From: Chiloscyllium plagiosum
Taxonomy: Eukaryota
Length of the DNA: 64,000 bases
Direction of reading: 5' to 3'
Assembly: GCF_004010195.1 (NCBI RefSeq)
Contig: NC_057719.1
Coordinates: forward strand, 73,390,365 to 73,454,364
In this document: positions 52,259-63,179 of the stretch, piece after piece
Layout: every line of letters begins with the position of its first letter
Numbering within the stretch: position 1 is the first letter of the stretch
Notes under the pieces: generated by a model
What the model saw: only the letters and a program-made list of their open reading frames with translations
Database searches by the model: none
What the model was told of the DNA's origin: nothing
Position numbers and translations under genes: made by a program

Positions 52259-53714
52259 AGTGCTCTGTTTGTCACCTTTGCTGCTCAATTAAGAATTTTT
52301 GAACCCAGCATGATTATTACATCTTGCTCAATTTAGAAATTCAACTTAAGCTTGAGATTATGACTCCTGAAACAGAACATGTTATTGTGGACACTGTCAA
52401 AAGGTGATTTTATCAATTTCAATTTTTTTGTATCTTGAAACATTGTTGTGAAATAAGCATTATCTCTCTTGTGTATTCTAAGACTTGCACTGCCCTGCTA
52501 GGTTCATGATCTAAGTGATGCTTTTGATTGATTTGACATAATAGTTACAAAGCTGTGTTCAGTTTTACTTTTATTTTGTCATTTGATTCAAAAATATCCA
52601 ATACTGACTAAATTGATAGATGATTGTTGCTTGGGGTAAGTAATGACTGATACACCTTTCTCTCATTCATCACAATTGACTGTGCCAGAAACAGAGAATT
52701 AAACTATTTTCTAAGTGACAAACTATGTAACGAAACCAGTATTCCATCCAAATTCCATTTCATTGCAAGTTTTACTTTACAGTCCTTGTGAAATTAATGA
52801 TTTTTCTTTTGCACTTTAACATTTTGAATGAAGAATTACTATAAAAATGAGTAATTAGAATTTTCAAGGATGAATATTCTATGCATTGAATTCTATAGTT
52901 ATGATTGTTTGTGAATTCCTTTTTAATATCAGCATCACAAACTTCGAAGAACAATATCCCTTTTGCAGTAAAGTGACAGAGGTTAGATATGTTTTCAGTG
53001 GAAACAGACTGGTGTTGCAAAGAAAACAGCAAGAATTCCTATTAAGTACTCGTAAATAAAATTGTATTCTCAGACATTGCATGTTTGAATGGTTAGTGCA
53101 GCATCATTTGGCTAAGAACCCAAATGAGGCATATCCTGTTTCAAATAAATTAGGATTTGGCTACCTCAGTGATATAGTATTGCAGTGTGGTGATGTTAAC
53201 ATTTCTTCATAACTGCGAATACTGTTGTTCAGTTCACAGCCTGTGTCAATTACTTTCCTCTCAGTGGTAGAATGCAACATCCATGATAAAGGTTGAAGTA
53301 ATTATGTGATTTACAGAGATTTGAACCTGATGTTTTGAATATTTGTGCTTTTAGCTTTTTTCCTCTTGTAATCAAAGATTGTATGAACATAACGATTGCC
53401 CAATGTACTTCACTCTGCCTGGAAGAGTCAAATGAATGTGATATGCTGATTAAAGCATCTTAATTTTCTTAATTACTGTATTTGTGAAGGAAAACATAGA
53501 ATTTGACTGAAATTAATTATAATTACCTGCTATTGAAAAACCATGATTTTATTCACAGATGTCTACAAATAAATTTCATCAAGGGTTTAATTGTGCTACT
53601 ATGTCAATATACCAGAGTATTTGACTTAATATCACAACAGTTTTCAATCTTGGTCTGTCTATGAAAGCATCTTGCCATCTGTTCTTGTACATGAATTGTC
53701 TGTTGAAATGCTCA

Positions 53715-53933
53715 GTCTAGATTAGAGTAGTGCTGGAAAAGCACAGCAGGTCAGGCAGCATTCAAGGAGCAGGAAAATCGATGTTTTGTGCAAAAGCCCT
53801 TCATGATGAAGGGCTTTTGCCCAAAACCTCGATTTCCCTGCTCCTCAGATGCTGCCTAACCTGCTGTGCTTTTCCAGCACCACTCTAATCTGGACTCTGG
53901 TTTCCAGCAACTGCAGTCCTTGTTTTTACCTTA
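53715..53933. mobile_element. Palindromic Penelope-type mini-element with TSD
   Basis: ~90-bp arms centred on CTTCAT-G-ATGAAG (53805); TSD TTGAAATGCTCA at 53703-14 and 53934-45; core TGATGA-AGGGCTTTTGCCC-AAAACCTCG. Confidence 0.85.
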
Positions 53934-55442
53934 TTGAAATGCTCAATCTGTTTAACTCATTGCTAGAGTCTTACTGAAAAGTGCAGTGCTCAGAAATATT
54001 TGTGCATCTATTGACATCTGTACACTGAATTATACCACCATTTCATCTATACAATCCTTTAGTTCCATAAAAGATTTAAGTATTGGCTTGCGCTGCATGT
54101 GTTGAAACCTTAAGTGACTCGCTCTCGTAGTTTCCTAATGATCTATCTCTGTTTGAACATTTGGTTAAAATGCTATTATGCATGCTACATTATGTGTATA
54201 CATTCTTGTGCAGAAAGCTGAACTGTTTCATTGTACAAGACAGTGTGACCCCTAAAAATTGTACTTAGAGTTGTAAATAGGGTGTATCAGTAATTCCACG
54301 CATAACAATTTCATTAAGAATTCCAGGGCTGAATGAATGGAAGAGATGTAACATCTAATTTTTGGGCATAGAATACAAAATACAGACATTTTGCTGAACC
54401 AGTATAAAGCATTCGTTCAGCCCAGTTGAATCTTGTATTCAGTTCTTCCATGAGAAAGATGTAAAAACTTTGGAAAGGATACACAAAACTAATTTACTAG
54501 AATAGCTCCAGGGGATAAAGAAATACTTTTAAATGAATAGACTGGAAAAGTTGGGATAGAATAGAGCAGGTTATGAAAAAAAATGATTCTGATGTTTAAT
54601 TCTGTCTGAAACCATACATTATTTTAAAGAGAAACAGTTTCTGAACGTTGAAGGATTAGTAACCAGGAGACACACCTAAGATGATCCACCAGAGAACCTG
54701 AGGGGACAGGAGGAAAAACTTTCGATGCAATATGTAACCAGTTCGGATTTGTCATATGGTAATAGGTGCAACTTCAGTAATAGTATCTGACAGAATGAAT
54801 AAACGAAGGAAATAACATGCAGCAGAAAGTGACGGGGCAGAAGTGAAAAATTACTTCAGCATTCACTGAATGAGAAGATGACATTTGTCGCTGAAATCCA
54901 TGTATTTTATCATAGAAGCTTGTGCAACAATTGCCCTCTTTCCCCAAAACAGAGTTTACCTACAATGTGAATGCATTCAGAAAGACTCGTGTTCATCGGA
55001 GCTTAGTTGTAAACGTGAACAAAATTGAACATTAACTTATTTGTTTTCCAGCAAAATATCTTGTTTCATTCCAGACTAAATTTAATCAACAAAGTTGATT
55101 AAAAGCCTAGGCTTCAAATCAAGTGTACAATGCAGCTTTAGTCTGATTGTTTTGTTTTCTTATTAAATATTAATCCCTTTGGTGCCATTAGTCTGAATCA
55201 GAGAATTGCAGCGATACCTGAAGCGTGTAACCTAATTCCCAGGCCTTGACGGTTAACGCCCAGTAAGTATAAAGACAGAAACCAATGGGAGATGAGTATT
55301 GTCGATTGCTTAAGTATTTTCACCGAGCTCAAAAATAACTAGTTGGTTTAGTTCGACAAAAGAACCTTTAATTACAGCAAACAATTTTAATCAGTGCACT
55401 AAACTGGAACACATGTTAACAGTCATCTAGAGTCACCACTTG

Positions 55443-55708
55443 ATTTAGTCCCTACCCTCCCCTTCACTGTTTTGATCACACAGCACTGCCCTTGATGTGA
55501 AGGGCAGTGCTTGTCACTGGCCACCTGGGTGTTTTCCTTTCTTCCTGGTGGTGGAAATTGAATAAAGATTTGTGCACCTTGTGTCTCACACTGTGTCTCA
55601 CACTTACACCATGGGTGCTGGGGAAAAATAAGCACTACCGCGGTTAGGCGGTAGTGTGGGGGTTAAAAAAGAAAAAAAAACAGGAGTGTTCCCATCCAAA
55701 AAGAAAAA
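55443..55708 (+). mobile_element. 5'-truncated poly(A)-tailed non-LTR insertion (probably L1/Tx1 3' UTR) upstream of GPX2
   Basis: Perfect 15-bp TSD TAGAGTCACCACTTG (55428-42, 55709-23), internal AATAAA, two hairpins, two A tracts. Confidence 0.75.
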
Positions 55709-56249
55709 TAGAGTCACCACTTGTAGTCCCTGTTGACCATACAGGTTATGTGTAAAAAGGTTGTTTCGATGACACTGGGGAACCTGTCCACATCAGAATG
55801 GAAAGTGATGCATTAAGCACCTTTGATTTAATTCATTTCTGATGACTGAACAAATGTTGACGGAACTGCCTTGTTAAAACTATTCTTTAGAAAGGATGAC
55901 TTAAAATTCCCACTTATGTCTAAATCAAGCCCACAAAACTGCTGAGGCTATGTGTTAATTAAATTTGGAATTTCAATGTATTTTTTGGTTTCGGGTAGTC
56001 TTGGTTCGCTTTTGCGGAAGTGTTAATTTACCGCACTTTTCACAAGACGGTTGTGCAGACAAATAATCTGCCTCTTCCAAATTTGGTTTGTTTAAAACAT
56101 GACCAGTTATGAAACATTCTTAAGTCCCGCCTAACAGAGGAGTGTCAGATTTTGATTCTCGTGGGGAGTAGTCTAAAAATCCTCACCAGTATCTGAGGTC
56201 AACCTGTTTCCTGCTATTCTGGATAATTAAGTATTCCAACCTCTGGAAA

Positions 56250-56302
56250 GGGAGGGGCTAAATTTTCGCACAGTCATTGCTCAGAGACAGAACTCTTTAT
56301 AG
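56250..56302 (+). promoter_or_regulatory. GPX2 proximal promoter: GC box, ARE, TATA-like
   Basis: GGGAGGGGC (56250-58); GCACAGTCAT (56268-77), which is ATGACTGTGC on minus and matches RTGACnnnGC with an AT-rich flank; TTTATAG (56296-302) about 80 nt before the ATG. Confidence 0.5.
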
Positions 56303-56378
56303 TTGTAGTCAGGTGGCTGTTAGCTGCCGTTGGATGAGTGCTGTCCCTCAGCGAGTCTGCACTCGGTTGTTTTGCACC

Positions 56379-56600
56379 ATGGCTCAGAGCATCAAGTCAT
56401 TCTACGACCTCAGCGCCGTCACCCTGGCCGGGGAAAAGCTGGACTTCAATGTCTTCAGGGGCAAGGTGGTCCTGATCGAGAACGTGGCCTCTCTCTGAGG
56501 CACGACCACAAGGGATTTCACCCAGCTCAACGAGCTCCAGAGTCGCCACCCGAACCGCTTCGTTGTGCTGGGTTTCCCTTGTAACCAATTCGGGCACCAG
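56379..56600 (+). CDS. GPX2: Glutathione peroxidase 2, exon 1 (selenocysteine TGA at 56496-56498, codon 40)
   Basis: Strong Kozak gcacc[78 protein letters not shown]; homology continues in frame past the TGA to donor CAG/GTgaga; 222 nt. Confidence 0.97.
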
Positions 56601-57363
56601 GTGAGAGAGTCCGCAAACCAGCTGAGTTATGGTAACATATGCTACCAATCCCCGCTCCTTTTAACGTAAAGTGAACTCGCTCGATTTAACCGAGACATTT
56701 TAGCGCAAACCTACTTATTATGTTCAAGTCTATGCTTATTTTTAAACCCGTGGTCATTTTCTCTGACTTCATTCAGTGGCTGTTCTGGGGGTTGGTTAGT
56801 TGTGCACTTTCGAGCGGAAATTCTGAGCGCACCCTCGTGTTTTATTTAGTGCTCCTTTTTTTAAAAAGGCTGGGTTTCACTTCAACTATCACCATGGAAA
56901 ATTACTGGAGCGATTCTGAACATGGTCTCATTAGCCTGGCGTCGCCCTTTTGGGGATCGGTGTCTGGGCCAGAGAACCCTGTTCGGGGGAGTGGGGGTTT
57001 GGAGCCTGGGTTTTTGTTTCTGCACTATCTCCTCGATCTGGGCATGGACTGCAACACCCAGAGCAACCTATCGCCTTCCATGTTTAAAGAGTGCATTTAA
57101 AATTTGTTAAATATTGAATCGTTACACTCCAAATGTTTTTCCTTTGTACATCGTAATCGCTAATGGCTGTCGTCCAAGCCCATGATAAAATGTTTGTGGT
57201 TTTGTTTTACTGGAATGGAAATGCTTCTTCCCATGAACTTTTAACATTCATCTTGGAGGGAGAGAGTTGAATATCCTTTTAATGTATACAATGTTTCTTG
57301 ATATTGGAGCTTTAGACTGGGAATAAATTACTTCACAAACAGGTCAGCAAAGTTGGAAATTTA

Positions 57364-57483
57364 ACCGGAGCACCCAGAGGAAACCCACGCAGACACTGGG
57401 AGAATGTACAAACTCCACAGTCGCCCGAGGCTGGAATCGAACCTGAAACTCTGGTGCTGAGGCAACAGTGCTAACCACTGAGC
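57364..57483 (-). mobile_element. HE1-type SINE 5' fragment in GPX2 intron
   Basis: ACCGGAGCACCCAGAGGAAACCCACGCAGACAC...AGTGCTAACCACTGAG. Confidence 0.85.
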
Positions 57484-57639
57484 TCTGCTGAGCAACAATG
57501 TGGTTAGATAGTATTCACATCCCTTATGTCGTGTTTGGCCCTAATGAAATTTCAAACTTATATTCATGCCATCACAAAAACCCATCGTTTTTTTTTAACC
57601 ACTGTATCATTCCAACTTCACTCTTATCTCTGCTTACCA

Positions 57640-59230
57640 AGTAATAGCTATGCAGCATGGAAACAACCCTTTGGTCCAACATGAAAAGTTTAGATTATTC
57701 TGAACTGATAGTTTAATTTGCCAGTATTTGGTTCATACTGCTCTAAACCCTTCCTATTCATATACCTATCCAGGGGCCTTTTAAATGATATAATTGTACC
57801 TGCCTCTACCACCTCTGGCAGCTCTTTCCATGCATGCACCCACCCTCTGTGTTACCCCTCCGGTTTCTTTTCAATCTTTCCCCTCTCTCCTTAAACCTAC
57901 AGCCTTTAGTTTTGTGGACTCACGTCTCCTCCCCCTGGGAAAAAGACCTTGGCTCTTTTCGTGATCCATGCCCTTCATGATTTAATAAACCCCTCAGATC
58001 ATCCCTCAGTCTCTAATGCTTCAGGGAAAAAAAAACCAGTCTATTCAGCCTCTCCTCTAGCTCAAACCCTTCAATCCTAGCAACATCTTTGTAAAACTTT
58101 TCTGAACCTTGCTGAAACCCTCCTGTGCTTTTGTTATTTGCCTTTACACTTGATAGTTTCAACACCATTCTTAACTGGTCTCCCAAATACTAATCTAAAT
58201 ACAGTAAACTGGTTTGCCAGTGTCTTGGCTTGTAGTAAGTACTATTCCCTTTTCACCATCCTAGGAGGTATCTGCACTTTTCTATGTCTGACCTCTTGTG
58301 TCCCCAGTTTTAATTACTCCTCCATTAGTGACTATCTTCAGTTACCTTGGTTCCAAACTAGTCTACATTCTGCAACCTCACTTTAAGATACTAATTATCA
58401 CTTTGATCAAACTCTAATCATAGAATCAGAAATATTACAATAGTGCAGAAGGAGGCTATTTCAACCCATTGTGCCTACACCAGTGCTATATCTAGTTTGG
58501 CTCTATTACGTAGTGCAATCCCCTTCCACATATCCCTTCACATCCTCATTATCCAAAAATCTAGATAATGTTCTCTTATGCCTTAAAGTTCTGTCGTATT
58601 GAACCACAGCAGACCATATGACATAAGTACACCCGCAGTGAAAAAGGGAGTTCCTGAATGTGATCCGATGACTAATGGAGAATGACAATGTATTTTGAAT
58701 GAGAATGGTAGGCAGTCTGGAGGGAAACCTGTAAATGATAACATTCCTGTGGTCCTATTTTCTTTGTTTTACTAGGCAATAGAGCTTGCAGTTATGGAAG
58801 GTGCTTTTGAAGTTAATTAATTACTTGTGGATGGAAGACCTTGCTGCTACTGTGCACTGATTTGAGCTATCTGGAGGGAATGAGTATTGATTAGCAAAAC
58901 ATCCACCACTTTCAATCAGTCTGCTTTGTCCTGGATTGTTAAGCCTCTTAAGTGCTGTTAGAGCTGTACCCTTCCAAGCAGGTAAAGAATATGCCATCAA
59001 TCTCCTGACCTGTAGTCAGGAGGTTTATATCCACACACTTCCCAGATTCTGACCTGCTCTTGTAGCCAAAGTATTTGTGTAGCTCGTCCAGAGGGTGGTG
59101 GAATTTGGAAGTCGCTGCCTTTTAGTGTGTTAGAGGCAGAAACTCTTAACATTTTAAGAAATATTTATATGTGCACTTGCAATGTCAAAGCATGCAAGGT
59201 TATGGACAGTGTTAGAAAATGGGATTAGAT
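57640..59230. mobile_element. CR1 and CR1-group LINE fragments filling the GPX2 intron
   Basis: 57640-58110 resembles minus-strand CR1 tails at 15505 and 26960; 58620-59090 resembles the 39040 family. Confidence 0.65.
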
Positions 59231-59431
59231 TTGTTGTTCTTCATTGGCCCATTGGGTCTGCAACAAACAACGTTTGTGTTATACACCCCTATGACTATGA
59301 TTGGGCTTTGTATCCTACCTTGAGAAACATCTACTCAGTGGCCGAAGGTGTAAATGTCATTGTGTATAATGCTAATGAATGAATTAAATTTGAAATTCAT
59401 GTGTTATGCATTTTGTTATAACCTTTTTTAG

Positions 59432-59782
59432 GAAAACTGTCATAATGAAGAGATACTCAGTTCTCTGAAGTATGTCCGTCCTGGTGGTGGTTTTGAGCCC
59501 AATTTCACCATGTTCCAGAAGATCAACGTCAACGGTGCTGGCACACACCCTGTCTTTGCATTTCTGAAGGAGAAGTTGCCCGTTCCTTCAGATGATGCTA
59601 CATCCTTTATGAATGATCCCAAATTCTTCATCTGGAGTCCAGTCAGCCGATCAGATATCGCTTGGAATTTTGAAAAGTTTCTTATTGGCCCTGAAGGGGA
59701 GCCTTTCAAACGCTACAGCAAAACATTCCAAACCATCCAGATTGAACCTGACATCAAAAGGCTTTTGAAAGTTATCAAATAA
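59432..59782 (+). CDS. GPX2: Glutathione peroxidase 2, exon 2
   Basis: ttttttAG acceptor; [30 protein letters not shown]...[45 protein letters not shown]. Total 190 aa, tetrad U40/Q74/W152/N153. N- and C-terminal motifs and the position next to RAB15 favour GPX2 over GPX1. Confidence 0.96.
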   Translation, partial: ENCHNEEILSSLKYVRPGGGFEPNFTMFQKINVNGAGTHPVFAFLKEKLPVPSDDATSFMNDPKFFIWSPVSRSDIAWNFEKFLIGPEGEPFKRYSKTFQTIQIEPDIKRLLKVIK

Positions 59783-60510
59783 AGAATCCAAGTTTAGTGG
59801 AATAAGCAAGGAGGCAGAGTTATATTTCTTTACACATTACCTTCACTAATGGGAAAACTGCAATAACCTTTTTTAGTTGACTTTTATCAATTCGGACTCT
59901 AAATTAAATACAGAACTTGTTTGCTGTGCACAAAAATTGGAGGTTGAGATATTTCATCCAATCATTTGAGCTCCTTGCATAGCTTTCCGTCTTCTCATCT
60001 GCCTTCAAGATCAGTGCATGACTGATTTACTTTGTCTTCTACTAATTTTCATCTTTGCTCACGACTTGAGCTGCTTCCTTCTTTTCAAAAAACATCTTTA
60101 AATGCTGTTTGTTGCAACAAAAGCCTTTGTGTTCTCTCATCACATTAGTTAGTACATCTTTTTCAAATGTTGAAAGAAAGGATAAATATCATGTTGATCT
60201 CACTATCTAATCAACTAGAAAATTAATCTGATCAGTACCTGCCATAGTGAAGATAATCTGAGATTTTAGTTGTGTTGATTGGACCTCCTGAACGTACTGG
60301 TTACTGAAAACCTCAACTATAAAAGGAAAATAAAGCAGTTTTCCCAATGTAAGAGGGTAAATGTGCTTCCAATAAGTCAACCATCTGTTACTGCACAACA
60401 ATTTTGAATTGTAAGTCGCCAGAAGTGCTGAGAATTTGCTTTTGTCCCAGTTTATGGATCTTAGAAATAGGTCTACTTCCTTTAGAAGTTTTTAAACAGT
60501 TCTTCTGTTC

Positions 60511-60588
60511 TTCAGAACTTTCATAAATGAAGGCATCCTCCTAAATCCAATAAGGAAGCTGCCAGAAAAACCAAGGAAAGTTACTGAA
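60511..60588 (+). promoter_or_regulatory. SECIS element (form 1) in GPX2 3' UTR
   Basis: Helix I ttcagaactttc / gaaagttactgaa; core ATGA-A (60527-31) opposite A-GA-A (60564-67); helix II GGCATCCTCCT / AGGAAGCTGCC (9 of 11 paired); apical loop begins AAA (60543-45). Confidence 0.9.
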
Positions 60589-60648
60589 TTTTCAGGATGT
60601 TACTGTTTGAAATTTTTTTGGTGTAGACATTGTGTATGAGAAATGAAT

Positions 60649-60672
60649 AATAAAGAATGTTTTGAAAATAAA
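60649..60672 (+). terminator. GPX2 poly(A) signals
   Basis: Two AATAAA (60649-54, 60667-72) just after the SECIS, followed by a GT/T-rich tract cttgtttgtttctttttgg. Confidence 0.7.
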
Positions 60673-62270
60673 ACTTGTTTGTTTCTTTTTGGTTCAGTTC
60701 CAGCAATTAAGAATGTACTTAATTTCTCAAAATAAAAACAATTTCTTGATCACCTGCCTGAAATTAATCAGTCACTTTGGTCATTCTGGATGAACAGGCC
60801 TCATGCTCTTAATTATTTGAACATTTGTTCCCTGAAACTATACTTTATTCTTAAGACCTTCAATCTGCAGCACAATAAATTCTTCATATATGTAATTAGT
60901 CATCATATTTCACCTGGAATTAGGTTAGCAGGAATGAATGGAATTCCAAAGCCACAAAGAAAGTGGCCATACTACTTGCTGAGTTGGCACATGTATCTCT
61001 AACCTTGATGCTTGTATGAAATATAAAGTATTTCCCAGTCTTAATTTGTTTTCACATCAAAACTAATCTTGTATTCCAGACAGCCAGTAACCGGTGTGAG
61101 CTATATTGTGGAGAAAAAGTGAAACTTTCTGATGGAGACAAGTAAAACACTGTCCAATCAAGGTGGACAATTAAATCAGCACTGATGTATATCTGTGGTT
61201 AAGCTGATTGCCTTTATTTTGGAGAAAGGCTGAAGGGCTTAAAATGAAAATTATTAATCTTAATTACACTATGGACAAGGAAACCAACAAGTCCTCTGAT
61301 TTTTGTCATGTCTGATAAGTAATGGGTATTTTGAAAAGTACTTAGAATAAATCTTTGGCATAGTTTTGAATTATCAAGCTTATCACTAATAGCAAAGAAA
61401 TAGATGTGCAACAGATCAGTCAATATTAAAAAGTGAAAGAAAATAATATTTTGGGGATCAAAATAGTAACTTCATTCCAATGAAGTCTTAAACATTATGT
61501 TTAACTCTTGTTCACAATCAGTTGCTAACCACAAAATATGCTTAATTCTTGCAGATTGTATCCTTTTTCCTGTAAGTATGCAGAGTCATGCATGTGAAAA
61601 CTCCTCTAATATTGCAAGTTTTCTATAAACTAAAATGAATTGACTAATTATGAGGAATGATAAGATTTGTTTGTCAAGCAGGCTGAAGATTTAAAAGTGA
61701 CAGTAATAGAAAGTAGTAGATATCACACTTAATTGGTAAAATAGTTGTGAGAAATCCTTATCAAGAAGTGTTTAATTATGGTGACAAAAATGAGAAGCAC
61801 CATTTTGAGTGATTTTCCATTAACAATACTGAAAAGTAACCAATCCAGAAACAATTTGTAAAAGTGAGAAATTATGGGCAATAAGCCATTTCTGCCTTTG
61901 ACTCTGTTAACCTATGCATTTAGCTCATTATGCACATATTTCATGTTTGAGCCTCAAGAGCTCTGGGAATTAGAAAGAAAGCTAAGATTTAAATGAACTA
62001 TAAAACCACAGTTAGATACATCTATAAGTAAAGTGGATTGGTATAAAATTTCTAATGTGATCCAAAGTGCCATGAACATGTTTATGAATAAAATTGAAAC
62101 ACATACATCTTTTGGAATATGCTCTGCTAAAGTAAACCCAGTACTTTGAAAGTGAAAAGCACTGCAGAAAATAAATTGCCTGGCAGATATGGTATAGCAG
62201 TGTGTCAGGTATAGGCCTGAAGTACAATTCAAACAACCAGAAACCGAACCAGTCATAAAGACTGTCACAG

Positions 62271-62385
62271 GGGCTCTTGTGGCACAGTGATAGTGCTCCT
62301 ACCTAGGAGAAAGGAAGCTTAGGTTCAAGTTCCAACTACTCCAGAGGTATGTCAACTCTGCAACAAGTTGATTGAAAATGTCTAG
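62271..62385 (+). mobile_element. Short tRNA-derived SINE
   Basis: GTGGCACAGTG A box, GGTTCAAGTTCC B box, ends GTTGATTGAAAATGTCTA. Confidence 0.65.
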
Positions 62386-63179
62386 AAATACTGTGGCTAC
62401 AAGTGCCGGTCAGAGGTTAGGAACCCTATAGCAAGTGATTCATCTCCTGACTCCCCAAAACCTGTACACCAGCACAAGTATGGTGAACAATGGAATACTC
62501 TCACTTTTCGAGGTGAGTGCAGCTCCAACAACACAAAGTCTGGCCTGCACATGTTGTTTGACACTTACACCCATCTTATGGGTGAGAAAGTGGAATCATT
62601 GATAATCCCATGCATCTCAATGGGGAAGGGTGTATTTAAGGGAGCAGTGACATTCAAGGTTGTGACATGTTCACTCAGCAGCTGTGTAATGGTCTGGATT
62701 GAAAGAGTGCATAGAATACTGTCTTTTGCAGACCTAAATGCTCTCACTGTGATCACGCATAACAAGGCAATGTCGCAATCTCTGTGCACTTCAAATCAAT
62801 GTTTGAAGAGATGTGGATGAAGGAAAGGTCAAAAAGAACTTAATCAGGGTTCATGTCAATCTGCTAATTCTCATGAGAGAATGGACAACTGATGACTCAT
62901 ATATAGCCTCATAGATAGGATTTATAGCCAAAACTAAGATTTGCAACATTTTGTTGCTGCTTTCTCGCTAATGTTGAGGCAGGGCAAGTAATGCACTACT
63001 GACAACATTAGTGTGACTGAAGATTTCATTAAACTATTAAAAAAGGATACAAAATACAAAAAGTGAAGAGCAGCAAACAAACCAATTAAACAGTTCATTT
63101 GCACAATGCAGGGGCTTTTCTGTCAGATTAACAAATTTAATGCACAATAATTCCAACAAAATCTCAGTCATCCGAGAAT

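Noticed and set aside
56277..56498. GPX2 as a truncated 73-aa ORF or pseudogene
   Set aside because: The TGA is the Sec codon; frame, splice sites and SECIS are intact.
56720..57100. 126-aa ORF in the GPX2 intron
   Set aside because: No homology; explained by local GC richness.
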